From positions 1,088,001-1,152,000 of the forward strand of contig OZ220480.1 in assembly GCA_965116025.1 (NCBI GenBank): 64,000 nt of DNA, read 5' to 3'. A program made the translations under genes and the position numbers. Shown here one piece after another: positions 18,716-29,075 of the stretch; the first letter of the stretch is position 1; each line of letters begins with the position of its first letter. Origin of the DNA: an uncultured candidatus Porisulfidus sp. (lineage in GTDB: Bacteria; Pseudomonadota; Gammaproteobacteria; Poriferisulfidales; Poriferisulfidaceae). The notes beneath the pieces are model-generated. The model did not search any database, had not been told where the DNA came from, and was given only the letters and a program-made list of their open reading frames with translations.

Positions 18716-18964
18716 CTCCCTGCAAGTCGGAAGCTGAAGCGACGGTCGATCGGCTGCGCACATATATCCGGCCTCTTGATGGGAGGACGTCGCCTCCCGG
18801 GCCCCGATGGGTTTCGCACGCTCCGTCCTTATCACGATAACGGCCTCGAAGGCCTGTATCAAATCCAGGGTCTCGGAGCGTCGGTCCGACCTGTTCCGCC
18901 ATCTTTTCGCTTCTTCCCCGCAACCGATCGGCGGGCAGAGCCCGCCGGGATACGGAGGGAAGCC
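18716..18964 (-). ncRNA. Putative bridge/seek RNA in the long non-coding end; exact RNA ends unknown
   Basis: Contains TTTGATACA and TTATCGT matching the target, CCCATCA and ATATATG matching the donor circle junction, and several hairpins. Confidence 0.75.
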
Positions 18965-20011
18965 TCATGTCATGCGGGCTTCCTCCCGATAGGTTCCGCC
19001 GCGCCGGAGCAGCGCCCAGGCGACGCGGACGTTCTTGTTCGCCAACGCGACCGCCGCCACGTTGTCGTGGTGGCGCTCCCGCAGGCCGCGAAGCCAAGCG
19101 CCGAGCGCGTCCTCGCGCTGGTCCGAGACGCGCAATACCGCTTTCGCGCCCAAGATCAGCAGGCCGCGCAAGGCGCGGTCCCCCCGCTTGCTGATCCCTC
19201 CGAGCTTCGGCTTTCCGCCGGTGGAGTATTGCCGCGGCACCAGGCCGAGGTAGGCGGCCGCCTCCCGCCCATTGCGGAACTCGCCGCCGTCGCCCAGCTT
19301 CGCGACCAGGGCGCTGGCCGTCAGCGCGCCTATGCCCGGGATCGTCATCAGCCGCCGGCAGCCCGGATCGGCCTCGGCATGCGCCTGGATCCGCGCCCGG
19401 CAATCCCCCTCCCGCCGATCCAGCGCCCGCACCTCCTCGTAGCCTTCCGCCAGCGCCTCGCGGACTTCCGGAAGCAGGCCGTTCTCGCCGTCCTCCAGGA
19501 TCTCCGGCAGCCGCGCGCGAAAGACCCCGATCCCTTTCGGCATGACGATCCCGTACTCCTGCAGGAACGCGCGCGACTGGTTGACCAGCCGGGTGCGGCT
19601 CCGCACCAGCCGCTCCCGCGTCCGATGGCATTGCTGGATCGCTTGCTCGGCCTCCGACCGTGCCGGCGCGAAGCGCATGCTCGGACGGCTCCGCGCTTCG
19701 CAAATCGCCTCCGCGTCGCGCGCGTCGTTCTTGTTCGACTTCACGAACGGCTTCACGAAGGACGGCGCCATCAGCCGCGCGTCGTGCCCATGACGACGGA
19801 ACAGCCGCGCCCAATGGTGCGCGCCGCCGCAGGCCTCCAGCCCGACCCGGCATGGCGGCAGCTCCTCCGCGAAGCGTTCCAGCTGAGCCCGCGTGAAGCG
19901 CCTCTCCAGCGCGATCTTGCCGGCGCGCGTCATGCCGCAGGCGTGAAACGCCTGCTTGCCCAGGTCCACGCCCAGATGGGCGATGGCGAGTTGATGTAGA
20001 GTCTGCTTCAT
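18965..20011 (-). CDS. IS110 family recombinase/transposase
   Basis: GVDLGK, GLEACG and KNDARDA (DEDD RuvC) motifs; IPGIG and YLGLVPRQYSTGG (catalytic Ser). Confidence 0.96.
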   Translation of the reverse strand: MKQTLHQLAIAHLGVDLGKQAFHACGMTRAGKIALERRFTRAQLERFAEELPPCRVGLEACGGAHHWARLFRRHGHDARLMAPSFVKPFVKSNKNDARDAEAICEARSRPSMRFAPARSEAEQAIQQCHRTRERLVRSRTRLVNQSRAFLQEYGIVMPKGIGVFRARLPEILEDGENGLLPEVREALAEGYEEVRALDRREGDCRARIQAHAEADPGCRRLMTIPGIGALTASALVAKLGDGGEFRNGREAAAYLGLVPRQYSTGGKPKLGGISKRGDRALRGLLILGAKAVLRVSDQREDALGAWLRGLRERHHDNVAAVALANKNVRVAWALLRRGGTYREEARMT

Positions 20012-20738
20012 AAGGGTCGTCCTGCTTTCGCTATGGGTTGTGATACTCTAATTGTGCCCGCTCAAGGCCAAGCAGGGAAGCGGGGCGAACCATCCCATCA
20101 CAATAAAATCGCAGAAGAAACTGACGAACGGAGGCTTCCAGGAGCGACAAGCCATGGCTATCGTCGAGACCATTCGAGACTCCCAGGCGGAACTCGCCAC
20201 GAGAGAGGACTTGCTCGCGACGCGGAGAGAGCTGAAGGCCGAGATCGTGAAGCAGGGGCTTGAGCTTCGCAACGAGTTCCACACCGCGATCAGCGCTTTG
20301 CGCGACGAGTTCCGAGGCGAGCTGCATAGCGAGATTGGTGGTCTGCGCAAGGAAATGCAGGAGCAACTCTCCACTTTGCTCTGGCGCATCCTGCTTGGCG
20401 TTGGGGTGATCGTCAGCGTTGTCGGAGGCATTGTCGGAATCGTCTTTACGCTAGTTGGCGGAAAGTAGATTCTGGAGCCCGTGGTTCTCATCCGGCTTTA
20501 CCGTCGTTGATGATGGACCCCGAATGAGGTCAGGCGCGGAGATCCTCCAGACGGCTCGTCCGGCTCCAGATGGGCGCGCGGGTCCGTTTGGGCTCGTGTC
20601 GAACATTCAGCTGTAGCGCGCGTCCTGTTCGATCAGGAAGCTGTCGCCGATGTCTCGATACGTGAACATGGGTCAGGGAAGGCCTTTGACTCGCGTCGTC
20701 GCCCGCGAAACCTTGGGTCGTTCATTCAGGCGCGCGAG

Positions 20739-22274
20739 ATGGATCCCGTAGAGCTCGCCGTGTTCTCCAGCCGCGTGGAGGCGCTGTGCGAGGAGATGGG
20801 CGCGTTGCTGCGCCGCTCGGCGTTCTCGCCCAACATTCGGGACCGCCTGGATTTCTCTTGCGCGATCTTTGATCGAGACGGCCGGCTGGTCGCGCAGGCG
20901 GCGCACATTCCGGTGCATCTGGGGAGCATGGCCTACGCCATGCGGGATTTGGTGGGCCGGTTCGACTGGAACGACGGCGACGCCGTTTTGCTCAACGATC
21001 CGTTCTTGGGAGGAACGCACTTGCCCGACATCACGGTCGTCACTCCGTGCTTTTTGGACGGCAGGCTTCAGGGCTTCGCGGTAAACCGCGCTCACCACGC
21101 GGACATCGGGGCCGAAGCGCCGGGGTCCATGCCGATGTCGCGGCGGTTGGAGGAGGAGGGGCTGATCTTGCCGCCCCGACGAATCCGGCGGGGAGGCAAG
21201 CTGGACGAGACGAGGCTCGACGCCATCGTGAGCGCGAGTCGGGCGCCGCGGGACATGCGCGGAGACCTTCTCGCGCAGACGCACGTCAACGAGCGGGGCG
21301 GCTCTCGCTTGCGGGGGCTGATTGAGGGTATGGGGGAGAGCGCGTACGCTTCGGCGCTGAGCGAGTTGAACGAATATGGTCGCATGATCGCCAGCGACGC
21401 CTTGGGGCGGATCCCGGACGGGACGTACCAGGCGGTCGAGTTTCTGGAGGATGATGGCTTGGGGCACGAGGATATTCGCCTGCGGGTTCGCGTCCAGATC
21501 AAGGGAGAAAGGGCGCGGGTCGATTTCGAGGGCACCGACGCGCAGGCGGAGGGCCCGGTCAACTGTCCGCTCTCGGTGACGGCCGCAGGAGTCTATTACG
21601 CGTTTCGTTGCCTGATGCCGTCCTACGCGCCGGCCTGCGCTGGGTGTTTCGACGCCATTGAGTTGCGCGCTCCCGAGGGTTGCCTGCTCAACGCGCGTCC
21701 GCCCGCGGCGGTGGCGGCGGGGAACGTCGAGACCTCCATGCGCGTGGTGGACCTGATCCTCGCGGCGTTGCGGAAGGCTCTTCCTAAGCGCGTTCCGGCG
21801 GCGAGCCAAGGCACCATGAACAACTTCGCGGCGGGCCAGGATGGGGAGACTTCCTGGGCCTATTACGAGACCTTGGCGGGAGGGATGGGCGCCCATGCGG
21901 GAGGCCCAGGCCTGTCGGCGCGGCACTCGCATATGACGAACACCCTGAACACTCCGGTAGAGGTGTTGGAGCGGGTTTATCCGTTGCGCGCGCTCCGATA
22001 CGCGCTGCGGCGCGGTTCTGGAGGGAAAGGGCGGCATCGAGGCGGCGATGGAGTGATCCGCGAATACGAATTTTTGGAACCGGCTCGTTTCAGCCTGCTG
22101 ACGGAACGCCGCCGCCGCGCGCCGTCGGGCGCCGCCGGTGGCGCGGATGGCCAGCCGGGACGAAACCGGCTCAACGGTGAGGATCTGCCCGGAAAATGCC
22201 AACGCTCGGTCGTCGCCGGAGACCGGCTGACCATCGAGACGCCGGGAGCGGGCGGCTGGGGGGCGGAGGCATGA
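20739..22274 (+). CDS. Hydantoinase B / oxoprolinase family protein
   Basis: [41 protein letters not shown] and TPGAGGWG motifs. Confidence 0.92.
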   Translation: MDPVELAVFSSRVEALCEEMGALLRRSAFSPNIRDRLDFSCAIFDRDGRLVAQAAHIPVHLGSMAYAMRDLVGRFDWNDGDAVLLNDPFLGGTHLPDITVVTPCFLDGRLQGFAVNRAHHADIGAEAPGSMPMSRRLEEEGLILPPRRIRRGGKLDETRLDAIVSASRAPRDMRGDLLAQTHVNERGGSRLRGLIEGMGESAYASALSELNEYGRMIASDALGRIPDGTYQAVEFLEDDGLGHEDIRLRVRVQIKGERARVDFEGTDAQAEGPVNCPLSVTAAGVYYAFRCLMPSYAPACAGCFDAIELRAPEGCLLNARPPAAVAAGNVETSMRVVDLILAALRKALPKRVPAASQGTMNNFAAGQDGETSWAYYETLAGGMGAHAGGPGLSARHSHMTNTLNTPVEVLERVYPLRALRYALRRGSGGKGRHRGGDGVIREYEFLEPARFSLLTERRRRAPSGAAGGADGQPGRNRLNGEDLPGKCQRSVVAGDRLTIETPGAGGWGAEA

Positions 22275-23770
22275 TTCGAGGGTTGTATACCGCCGAGCGG
22301 ACTCGCGCCATCGATCGGCGCGCGATCCGGCGCGAGGGCGTCTCCGGGCTGGAATTGATGGCGCGCGCGGCCGACGCGGTCTGTCGGCTGATCCAGGAGA
22401 AATATCCAGAGGCCCAGCGGATCGCGGTCTACGCCGGAGTTGGCAACAACGCCGGCGACGGCTATCTCGTGGCGCGCCGCATGAAGGAACTCGGGAAATC
22501 CGTTCTCGTCACGCGGCTGGCTCCAGCGGAAGCGTTGCGAGGCGACGCCAAGGCCGCCTTCGAGGAGGCGGCCCGCGCCGAAGTTCCCATGCGGGAGTTC
22601 TCGGCGGAGAATTCATTAGATGCCGATCTGATCGTCGACGCGTTGCTGGGAACGGGTCTGTCTCGCTCGGTCGAGGGGGATTGGGCGAAAGCCATAGATC
22701 GCGTCAACGCTTCGGGCGCGGACGTCATCTCCGTGGACGTCCCGTCCGGCCTGAACGCGGACACGGGAGTGGCGGATCCGCACACCGCGCTCGCGGATCG
22801 CACGGTGACCCTGATCGCGCGCAAGCGCGGGTTGTATACCGCGGATGGGCCAGACTTCGCGGGGCGAGTGGAGTTCGACGATCTGGGAATTCGGATCGAC
22901 GATCCTCCGACGGTGGCGTTGCGCGATTGGACCGAAGTTCGTTGGTCCAGCGTTCGCGCTCCCCAAAGAATAAAAAACTCGCACAAGGGCGACTACGGGC
23001 ATGTGCTGGTGATCGGAGGGAGCGCCGGCTATCAGGGCGCGGCTGAGCTGTGCGGCGCCGCCGCCCTACGGTGCGGGAGCGGCTTGGTCAGTCTGGTCCA
23101 GCCTCCGGATGCCGTGAGGGGGAGCTCCTCGGCCCCGGAACTGATGCGCCATGAAGCGTCGGATTCGCGAGGAGCGCGGGAATTGGCGGAGCGGGCTTCC
23201 GTGATCGCCATCGGGCCTGGGCTCGGGCGAGACGCTTGGGCGCGGGACATGCTTGGGACGGTTTTGGAATCGCGTTGTCCGATGGTGCTGGACGCGGACG
23301 CCCTTCGCCTGCTGGCCGCGGACCCTTGGGAGAGCTCGCCCGGCAACCGGGTGCTGACCCCGCATCCAGGAGAGGCGGCGGCCTTGCTGGGAGGGACGAT
23401 CGCGGAGATCCAAGAGGACCGGTTCTCGGCGGTCCGGCGCGTCCAGGAGACCTATGGAGGAGTCGTCGTTCTCAAGGGATGCGGCACGCTCGTGGCGGAC
23501 GCTAGAGGGGAGATTGGAGTCTGCGCTGGCGGCAACCCCGGCATGGCGACCGCTGGGATGGGCGACGTGTTGACCGGCGTCATCGCGTCCCTGATCGGGC
23601 AGGCGCCGCCGGATATCGATCAGGCGGATCTTGGTCAGGCGGCGCTCGCTGGGGTTTGCATGCATGCGGAGGCGGGCGACCGGGCGCGCGAACGGGGAAT
23701 GCGCGGCATGATCGCCAGCGATCTGCTACCTTTTCTGCGAGAGCTGGCGGATGAGCCGAAATTCGATTGA
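22271..23770 (+). CDS. nnr: Bifunctional NAD(P)H-hydrate epimerase/dehydratase
   Basis: GNNAGDG, VDALLGTG, DVPSG, TPHPGEA and GMGDVLTG motifs; upstream of tsaE. Confidence 0.93.
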   Translation: MIRGLYTAERTRAIDRRAIRREGVSGLELMARAADAVCRLIQEKYPEAQRIAVYAGVGNNAGDGYLVARRMKELGKSVLVTRLAPAEALRGDAKAAFEEAARAEVPMREFSAENSLDADLIVDALLGTGLSRSVEGDWAKAIDRVNASGADVISVDVPSGLNADTGVADPHTALADRTVTLIARKRGLYTADGPDFAGRVEFDDLGIRIDDPPTVALRDWTEVRWSSVRAPQRIKNSHKGDYGHVLVIGGSAGYQGAAELCGAAALRCGSGLVSLVQPPDAVRGSSSAPELMRHEASDSRGARELAERASVIAIGPGLGRDAWARDMLGTVLESRCPMVLDADALRLLAADPWESSPGNRVLTPHPGEAAALLGGTIAEIQEDRFSAVRRVQETYGGVVVLKGCGTLVADARGEIGVCAGGNPGMATAGMGDVLTGVIASLIGQAPPDIDQADLGQAALAGVCMHAEAGDRARERGMRGMIASDLLPFLRELADEPKFD

Positions 23771-24251
23771 TCTCGAAACGCTGGATCAGACCGAGGCGCA
23801 TGCTGGCGCGTTGGCCCGGGCGCTCGACTCGCCTTGCTCGTTCGCCCTTCGGGGTTCGCTGGGGGCGGGCAAGACGACTTGGGTCCGGGCGTTCCTGCGG
23901 GCCCTTGGCCATGGCGGAGTCGTGCCGAGTCCCACCTATACCTTGGTGGAGCCTTACGAGGCGCGTGGCATGAAAATCTGGCACGTGGATCTGTATCGCT
24001 TGCGGGATCCTTGCGAACTGGAGGCCTTGGGGGTCCGGGAACTTTTGGATGGCGAGTCGGTCATGCTGGTGGAATGGCCGGAGCGATGGCCTGAGATTGA
24101 CGCGCGCGCGGATCTGCGGCTCCATTTCTGGCACGGGCTCTCGGAGTCGGCGCGGCGGCTCGAGGTGGAGGCGGCGAGCGAGCGCGGCGAGGGTTTGCTC
24201 GCGCGCGCGATGGAGAGCTCGACGAGAAGCTCGGCGCGAAACGTAAAATAA
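23751..24251 (+). CDS. tsaE: tRNA threonylcarbamoyladenosine ATPase TsaE
   Basis: GSLGAGKTT, SPTYTLVEPY, HVDLYRL and VEWPE motifs. Confidence 0.95.
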   Translation: MSRNSIDLETLDQTEAHAGALARALDSPCSFALRGSLGAGKTTWVRAFLRALGHGGVVPSPTYTLVEPYEARGMKIWHVDLYRLRDPCELEALGVRELLDGESVMLVEWPERWPEIDARADLRLHFWHGLSESARRLEVEAASERGEGLLARAMESSTRSSARNVK

Positions 24252-24255
24252 GGTC

Positions 24256-25446
24256 ATGCTAGATCGCCGAAAATTCCTGAGTCTTCTGGCGGCGTTGCCA
24301 ATAGGGTTCTCGACCTCCGCGTTGGCGGCGACGCGGCTGGTGGCCTTGCGCCAGAGCGTGAGCGAGGAGCGCAACCGCATCGTGTTCGAGTTCGATGGGA
24401 AAGTCGAGCTCGTCCAGAGGTTCGCGCTCAAGAATCCGCCGCGCTACGTCCTGGACATTAGGCGGGCCGGAGTATCGAGCTCGGTTCCCGCTTCGCCGCG
24501 TTTCGCCAGCAATGGCGTCATCCGCGACATGCGCTCCGACGTGAAGGACGACGGGAGCCTTCGGCTGGCTTTGGACCTAAAGCGGCTGATGCCCGTGGAA
24601 GTCCGGAAATGGCCGACGCCCGACGGAAAGCGAGACCGGATCGTGGTCGACTTCCTGGGTTCGTTCGTCGTCTCGAAGTCATCTCGGAAATCTTCCGCCC
24701 CCGCGCGGAAACCGGCGGCCCGCGCTCCCGCGCGGCCCGCCTCGAGCCGAAGTCGGCCCTTGGTGGTGGTGATCGACCCAGGCCATGGCGGCAAGGACCC
24801 CGGCGCGGTCGGCAAGGGCAAGACTCGGGAGAAGGACGTGGTTCTCTCGATCTCGAAGAAACTGCACAAGTCGCTCAAGGCGGACTCCCGAATCAGGCCG
24901 TATCTGACGCGTGACCGGGACGTTTTTCTGCGCCTGCACCACCGCACCCGGATCGCCCGCGGCAAGGGGGCCGACCTTTTCGTCTCGGTGCACGCGGACG
25001 CGGCTCGGCGAAGGAGCGCGCGCGGCGCGTCCGTCTACGCCGTCTCCATGAAAGGATCGAGCAGTTCCCACGCGCGTTGGCTCGCGGACCGGGAGAACGC
25101 CGCGGATCTGAAGGGCGGCCTCGAGATATCGGGCCGAGACCCAAGAGTGCAGGACACGATGCTGTCCATGTCCCGAGGCGCCGTGCGGGAATATAGCGAA
25201 TACGCCGGGAAGTTCATGGTGGGCTCGCTCGGGAGGATCGGAAAGATGCATAGCTCACGGGTCGAGCGCGCGGGGTTCGCGGTGCTGAAATCTCCCGACA
25301 TTCCCTCCATCCTGGTAGAGACGGGATTCATATCGAACGCCCACGAGGAGAGGCTGTTGCGCTCCTCGAAGCATCAGAGACGGATCGCTCTTGCCCTGCG
25401 CTCTGGAATCCGGACGTTTTTCGCCAAAGTGCCGGAATACAGCTGA
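24256..25446 (+). CDS. N-acetylmuramoyl-L-alanine amidase (AMIN plus Amidase_3; AmiB/AmiC-like)
   Basis: Tat-like RRKFL signal; IDPGHGGKDPGA, SVHAD and LVETGFISN motifs; nnr-tsaE-ami synteny. Confidence 0.92.
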   Translation: MLDRRKFLSLLAALPIGFSTSALAATRLVALRQSVSEERNRIVFEFDGKVELVQRFALKNPPRYVLDIRRAGVSSSVPASPRFASNGVIRDMRSDVKDDGSLRLALDLKRLMPVEVRKWPTPDGKRDRIVVDFLGSFVVSKSSRKSSAPARKPAARAPARPASSRSRPLVVVIDPGHGGKDPGAVGKGKTREKDVVLSISKKLHKSLKADSRIRPYLTRDRDVFLRLHHRTRIARGKGADLFVSVHADAARRRSARGASVYAVSMKGSSSSHARWLADRENAADLKGGLEISGRDPRVQDTMLSMSRGAVREYSEYAGKFMVGSLGRIGKMHSSRVERAGFAVLKSPDIPSILVETGFISNAHEERLLRSSKHQRRIALALRSGIRTFFAKVPEYS

Positions 25447-25467
25447 CGGAAGCCCATCGGGCTTCCG

Positions 25468-26292
25468 TCACGCGTCGAAGCAACCGAACCAGAATCCGGG
25501 GAGATCGCCCTCGGCTTCCGCTTGGAACAGTTCCACTAGATTAAGAGACGGAGCCCGCGCGGCGGGCAGGAACGATCCGGCCGTCAACGCGGGACGCCCA
25601 CCCTGCAGTCGATGCAGCCAGGTCAGGTACAGGCGCCGGACATGACCGGAGCGCATCAGGATTCCGTTCATCCGCGGCCCGCAGAAAAGATACGCCGTTC
25701 GCGCGCTCATCTCCTTCAGGTTGGCGACCACGTCCTCGGCGCCGACCTCTCCGGAGTCCTTGGCGAGAGCCACGTCGACTCCTCGCTCGCGCAACGCGTC
25801 CACTCGTCGTCTCGGCGCGTCCGCGGGGGCCAGCACCCGCAGCGTCTGGCGGTGGTCGGCGAGCGATGACGGGATTGGGAAGTCCAGGCTTTTGCTGACC
25901 GCTAGCACGGACGGGAAGGAAGCGCCATGGTGGCGCGCGCGGTAGTCGCGCAGGTACTGGAGCTCGGGCGTTTTCGGTAATTGCAGGAGGTTGCCGAGGT
26001 TGCCGCGGCGCAGGTCGCGCAGATAGCCGGCGCTGGTGATCAGGCAGTCGGCTTGGGCCATGAGCTCGTATAGCAGTCTCAGGTCGCGCGGATCGGTCAG
26101 GGTCGCGGGGTGCGTCCAGCCGCCATGGCCATCGTCGACCGCGATGGCGCCGTCCAGACTCATGATGAAGCTGCTGTAGATGTAGGGCTGGCCCACCTTG
26201 GCTCGCTCGACGAGACGGTGCCCGATGCACAGCCCGGACAGCGGATGTCGAGCGGTATCCGGAGGATGCAGGCGGACGAGGGATGTGGGCAT
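25468..26292 (-). CDS. RibD C-terminal/dihydrofolate reductase-like protein
   Basis: YSSFIMSLDGAIA...D.RL..EL..QAD pattern. Confidence 0.75.
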   Translation of the reverse strand: MPTSLVRLHPPDTARHPLSGLCIGHRLVERAKVGQPYIYSSFIMSLDGAIAVDDGHGGWTHPATLTDPRDLRLLYELMAQADCLITSAGYLRDLRRGNLGNLLQLPKTPELQYLRDYRARHHGASFPSVLAVSKSLDFPIPSSLADHRQTLRVLAPADAPRRRVDALRERGVDVALAKDSGEVGAEDVVANLKEMSARTAYLFCGPRMNGILMRSGHVRRLYLTWLHRLQGGRPALTAGSFLPAARAPSLNLVELFQAEAEGDLPGFWFGCFDA

Positions 26293-26346
26293 GGCGGCGC
26301 GCGCCCGTACAATATAGCAAGAGGCCCCGCCGCCCGGACAAAAACC

Positions 26347-27648
26347 TTGGAAACGTTCGATCTGAGAGGATTCCGCGAGATCGCGCCCTACGCGCGCGCC
26401 CACCGGGACCAGACTTTCGTCTTGTGTTTGGACAGCGCGATTCTGGAGAGGCCCGGAAGGGACGCGCTGCTGCAGGATGTCGCGCAACTGCAGGCGCTTG
26501 GGATCCGGCTCGTCGTGGTGTTCGGCGCGCGCGCGCGAATTGATCGCAAGCTTCCTGATTCGGGGTTTCACTCGGGCTGGCGGATTACCCGCGCCGCTGA
26601 CATGCCGGCCGTGCTGGAAGCCGTGGGCTCCCTGCAGTGCGAGATTCAGGCGCGACTGTCCCGGGGGCTAATGAACACGCCGATGGCGGGCATGCGGTTG
26701 CGCGTGCTGACTGGCAACCTCGTCGCCGCCCGGCCCAGAGGGGTGCGCGACGGGGTGGATTTCGAGCGTACCGGCGAGGCGCGCAGGGTGGCGGCCGCTA
26801 CGGTGGACAGCCTGTTGCGGCAGGACGCGATCGTCCTGATTCCGCCGCTCGGCTATTCGGCGACCGGCGAGACCTTCAATCTCGACGCCGCGTCCCTGGC
26901 CTGCACGGTAGCCCAGTCCGTTTCCGCGGACAAACTGATCTATTTGCATGCGGAAGCGTCGCCGCGCTCCCGTGGCGGGCCGATCCGGCAGCTGACCTCG
27001 GGCGAGGCGCTGACGTTGATTCGCCGGCGGAAGCTCAGCCCGATCCTTCGTCCGATGCTGCAGGGCGCCGTGGACGCGAGCTTGTCCGCGGTGGGCCGCG
27101 TCCACCTCCTCGACGCGCGGCGCGATGGCGCGTTGCTGCAGGAGTTGTTCACCCGGACGGGGGTCGGGCTCATGGTCACGCGCGCCGATACCTGCGCGCC
27201 CCGACAGGCGGAGATCACGGACATAGGGGGCATCATGGGTTTGCTGTCGCCGCTGATCGAGCGCGGGGTTCTGGCGGAGCGGACTCGGGAAGAGCTGGAG
27301 CCGCGCATCCACAACTTCCGCGTGATCGAGTTGGACGGGCTGATCGCGGGTTGCGTCTGTCTGCGCCCACTCAGCGAGACCCACGCGGAGCTGATTTGCT
27401 TGGCGGTCCACCCGGACTACCAGCGCCAGGGGTTCGGTCACGCCCTGTTGGAAGACGCGGAGGCCCACGCGATCCAGAGCGGGCTACGGCAGATCTGCGT
27501 CCTCACCACGCGGGCCATGCACTGGTTCTGGGAACAAGGGTTCCGGTCTTCCTCGCCTCGCTCCTTGCCGGTCGCGCGGCGGAAGTTCTACAACGACCGG
27601 CGCAACGCCAAAGTGTTGATCAAGGCCTTGGGTGACCGGCATGGGTGA
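26347..27648 (+). CDS. argA: Amino-acid N-acetyltransferase
   Basis: FREIAPYARAHRDQTFV, ELFTRTGVG and C-terminal GNAT LTTRAMHWFWEQGF; start approximate. Confidence 0.92.
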   Translation: METFDLRGFREIAPYARAHRDQTFVLCLDSAILERPGRDALLQDVAQLQALGIRLVVVFGARARIDRKLPDSGFHSGWRITRAADMPAVLEAVGSLQCEIQARLSRGLMNTPMAGMRLRVLTGNLVAARPRGVRDGVDFERTGEARRVAAATVDSLLRQDAIVLIPPLGYSATGETFNLDAASLACTVAQSVSADKLIYLHAEASPRSRGGPIRQLTSGEALTLIRRRKLSPILRPMLQGAVDASLSAVGRVHLLDARRDGALLQELFTRTGVGLMVTRADTCAPRQAEITDIGGIMGLLSPLIERGVLAERTREELEPRIHNFRVIELDGLIAGCVCLRPLSETHAELICLAVHPDYQRQGFGHALLEDAEAHAIQSGLRQICVLTTRAMHWFWEQGFRSSSPRSLPVARRKFYNDRRNAKVLIKALGDRHG

Positions 27649-29071
27649 CGAGATCCGGACGGATCAGTTCAGCGAGGCTGACGCAAGAAACTTCCATCAG
27701 GCGCTGGAGCGCGAGACGGAGTTGCTGGGACGCTGGTTTCGGGAGCGGCGCTTCGACGATCACGACTATCAGGTCGGATTCGAGCTAGAGGCTTGGCTGG
27801 TCGACCTGGATTGCCATCCGCTGCCGCACAACGACGCCTATTTGGATCGGCACGACAATCCCCTGTGCTTGCCGGAACTGTCGCGGTTCAACATCGAGTT
27901 CAACACGCCGCACGCCCGGGTGGGGCCCGGCATGCTCTCCCGCCTCCACCGGCAACTGGACGAATCCTGGAAGCGGGCGACCGAGGTCGCGGAATCCATG
28001 GATATGCGGCTCGGCATGATCGGCATTCTTCCAACCGTGCAGGAAAGCGATTTGACGGTGGACAGCATGAGCCGGTTGAAACGCTACCGAGCCCTCAACG
28101 AGCGGGTCATGGAGTTGCGCAAGAATCGTCCGTTGCAGATCGATATTCGTGGGCGCGACCACCTGTGCAGCCTGCACGAGGACGTGATGCTGGAGTCCGC
28201 CTGCACCTCGTTCCAGGTCCATCTTCAGGTGCCGCAGTCGCGTACGACCCTCGCCTACAACGCGTCGCTGGCCCTGTCCGCGGCCACGGCCGCGATATCC
28301 TGCAACGCGCCGTTCCTGTTCGGTATGGATCTGTGGGACGAGACGCGGGTGCCCCTGTTCGAGCAGGCGGTCAGCTTGTCCACCTTCGCTGGCCAGGCCC
28401 AGCAACGCCTCGGCCGAGTCGGTTGCGGTAGCGGTTACGCGCGCGAATCCCTGCTGGAGTTCTTCGAGGAGAACCTGAACGTCTTTCCAGTCATTCTCCC
28501 GCAACCCTTCCAGGTGGAAGACGAGCGGTTCCTGCACCTGAAACTGCACAACGGCACGATCTGGCGCTGGACCCGCCCGCTGATCGGTAGCGAGAGCGGC
28601 GTGCCGCACCTGCGCATCGAGCATCGGGTCATGCCCTCGGGTCCGACCGGGATCGACATGATCGCGAACCTGGCGTTCTGGGTCGGGGCGATGATGGCGG
28701 TCCTGGAGGGGGGAGAGGAATCCGCCCTGAATATCCCCTTCGCGGTGGCGCGGGAGAATTTCTATCGCTCGGCCTGTTCTGGACTGGACGCGAAACTCGT
28801 CTGGATCGACGGCGCCGAGCGCCCGGTCGCCGATCTAATCTTGGAGACTCTGCTGCCAATGGCGCGCCGGGGCCTGAAGGTGAGCGGTTTGAACGAGCCG
28901 GAGGTCGGACGCTATCTCGACATCATCAAGGCCCGCGTCGAGAAACGGCGCACCGGGGCGCGCTGGATGCGCGCCTGGCGCTACGCGCACGACGGGAACA
29001 TGGGAACCATGGTCGGGGCCTATCTGGCGCGCCAGCAGAGCGCGCTGCCGGTGCATGAGTGGTCGCTGTGA
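27641..29071 (+). CDS. Glutamate-cysteine ligase family 2 (GCS2)-like ligase
   Basis: GFELEAWLVD, ELSRFNIE, TSFQVHLQV, NGTIWRW and RIEHRV motifs. Confidence 0.82.
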   Translation: MGDEIRTDQFSEADARNFHQALERETELLGRWFRERRFDDHDYQVGFELEAWLVDLDCHPLPHNDAYLDRHDNPLCLPELSRFNIEFNTPHARVGPGMLSRLHRQLDESWKRATEVAESMDMRLGMIGILPTVQESDLTVDSMSRLKRYRALNERVMELRKNRPLQIDIRGRDHLCSLHEDVMLESACTSFQVHLQVPQSRTTLAYNASLALSAATAAISCNAPFLFGMDLWDETRVPLFEQAVSLSTFAGQAQQRLGRVGCGSGYARESLLEFFEENLNVFPVILPQPFQVEDERFLHLKLHNGTIWRWTRPLIGSESGVPHLRIEHRVMPSGPTGIDMIANLAFWVGAMMAVLEGGEESALNIPFAVARENFYRSACSGLDAKLVWIDGAERPVADLILETLLPMARRGLKVSGLNEPEVGRYLDIIKARVEKRRTGARWMRAWRYAHDGNMGTMVGAYLARQQSALPVHEWSL

Positions 29072-29075
29072 GCGA

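Larger units (their letters stand above)
18701..20100 (-). mobile_element. IS110 family, IS1111 subgroup element (1400 bp)
   Basis: Perfect 12-bp subterminal IRs ATGGTTCGCCCC (18704-18715) and GGGGCGAACCAT (20082-20093). No target duplication. Precise excision restores the host ORF. Confidence 0.92.
18625..20468 (+). pseudogene. DUF1640/CCDC90-like coiled-coil gene interrupted by the IS
   Basis: Joining 18625-18700 to 20101-20468 restores one frame: MEHHQ...PPAFDTIKSQKKLTNGGFQERQAMAIV...ELATREDL...C-terminal TM. AGGAG RBS at about 18613. Confidence 0.85.

Noticed and set aside
18097-18840. 247-aa plus-strand ORF
   Set aside because: Chance upstream extension plus the first 25 codons of the DUF1640 gene reading into the IS end.
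18636-19999. 405-aa and 434-aa ORFs overlapping the transposase
   Set aside because: Alternative-frame and antisense shadows with no motifs.
20673-22202. 509-aa minus-strand ORF
   Set aside because: Antisense shadow of the hydantoinase B gene.
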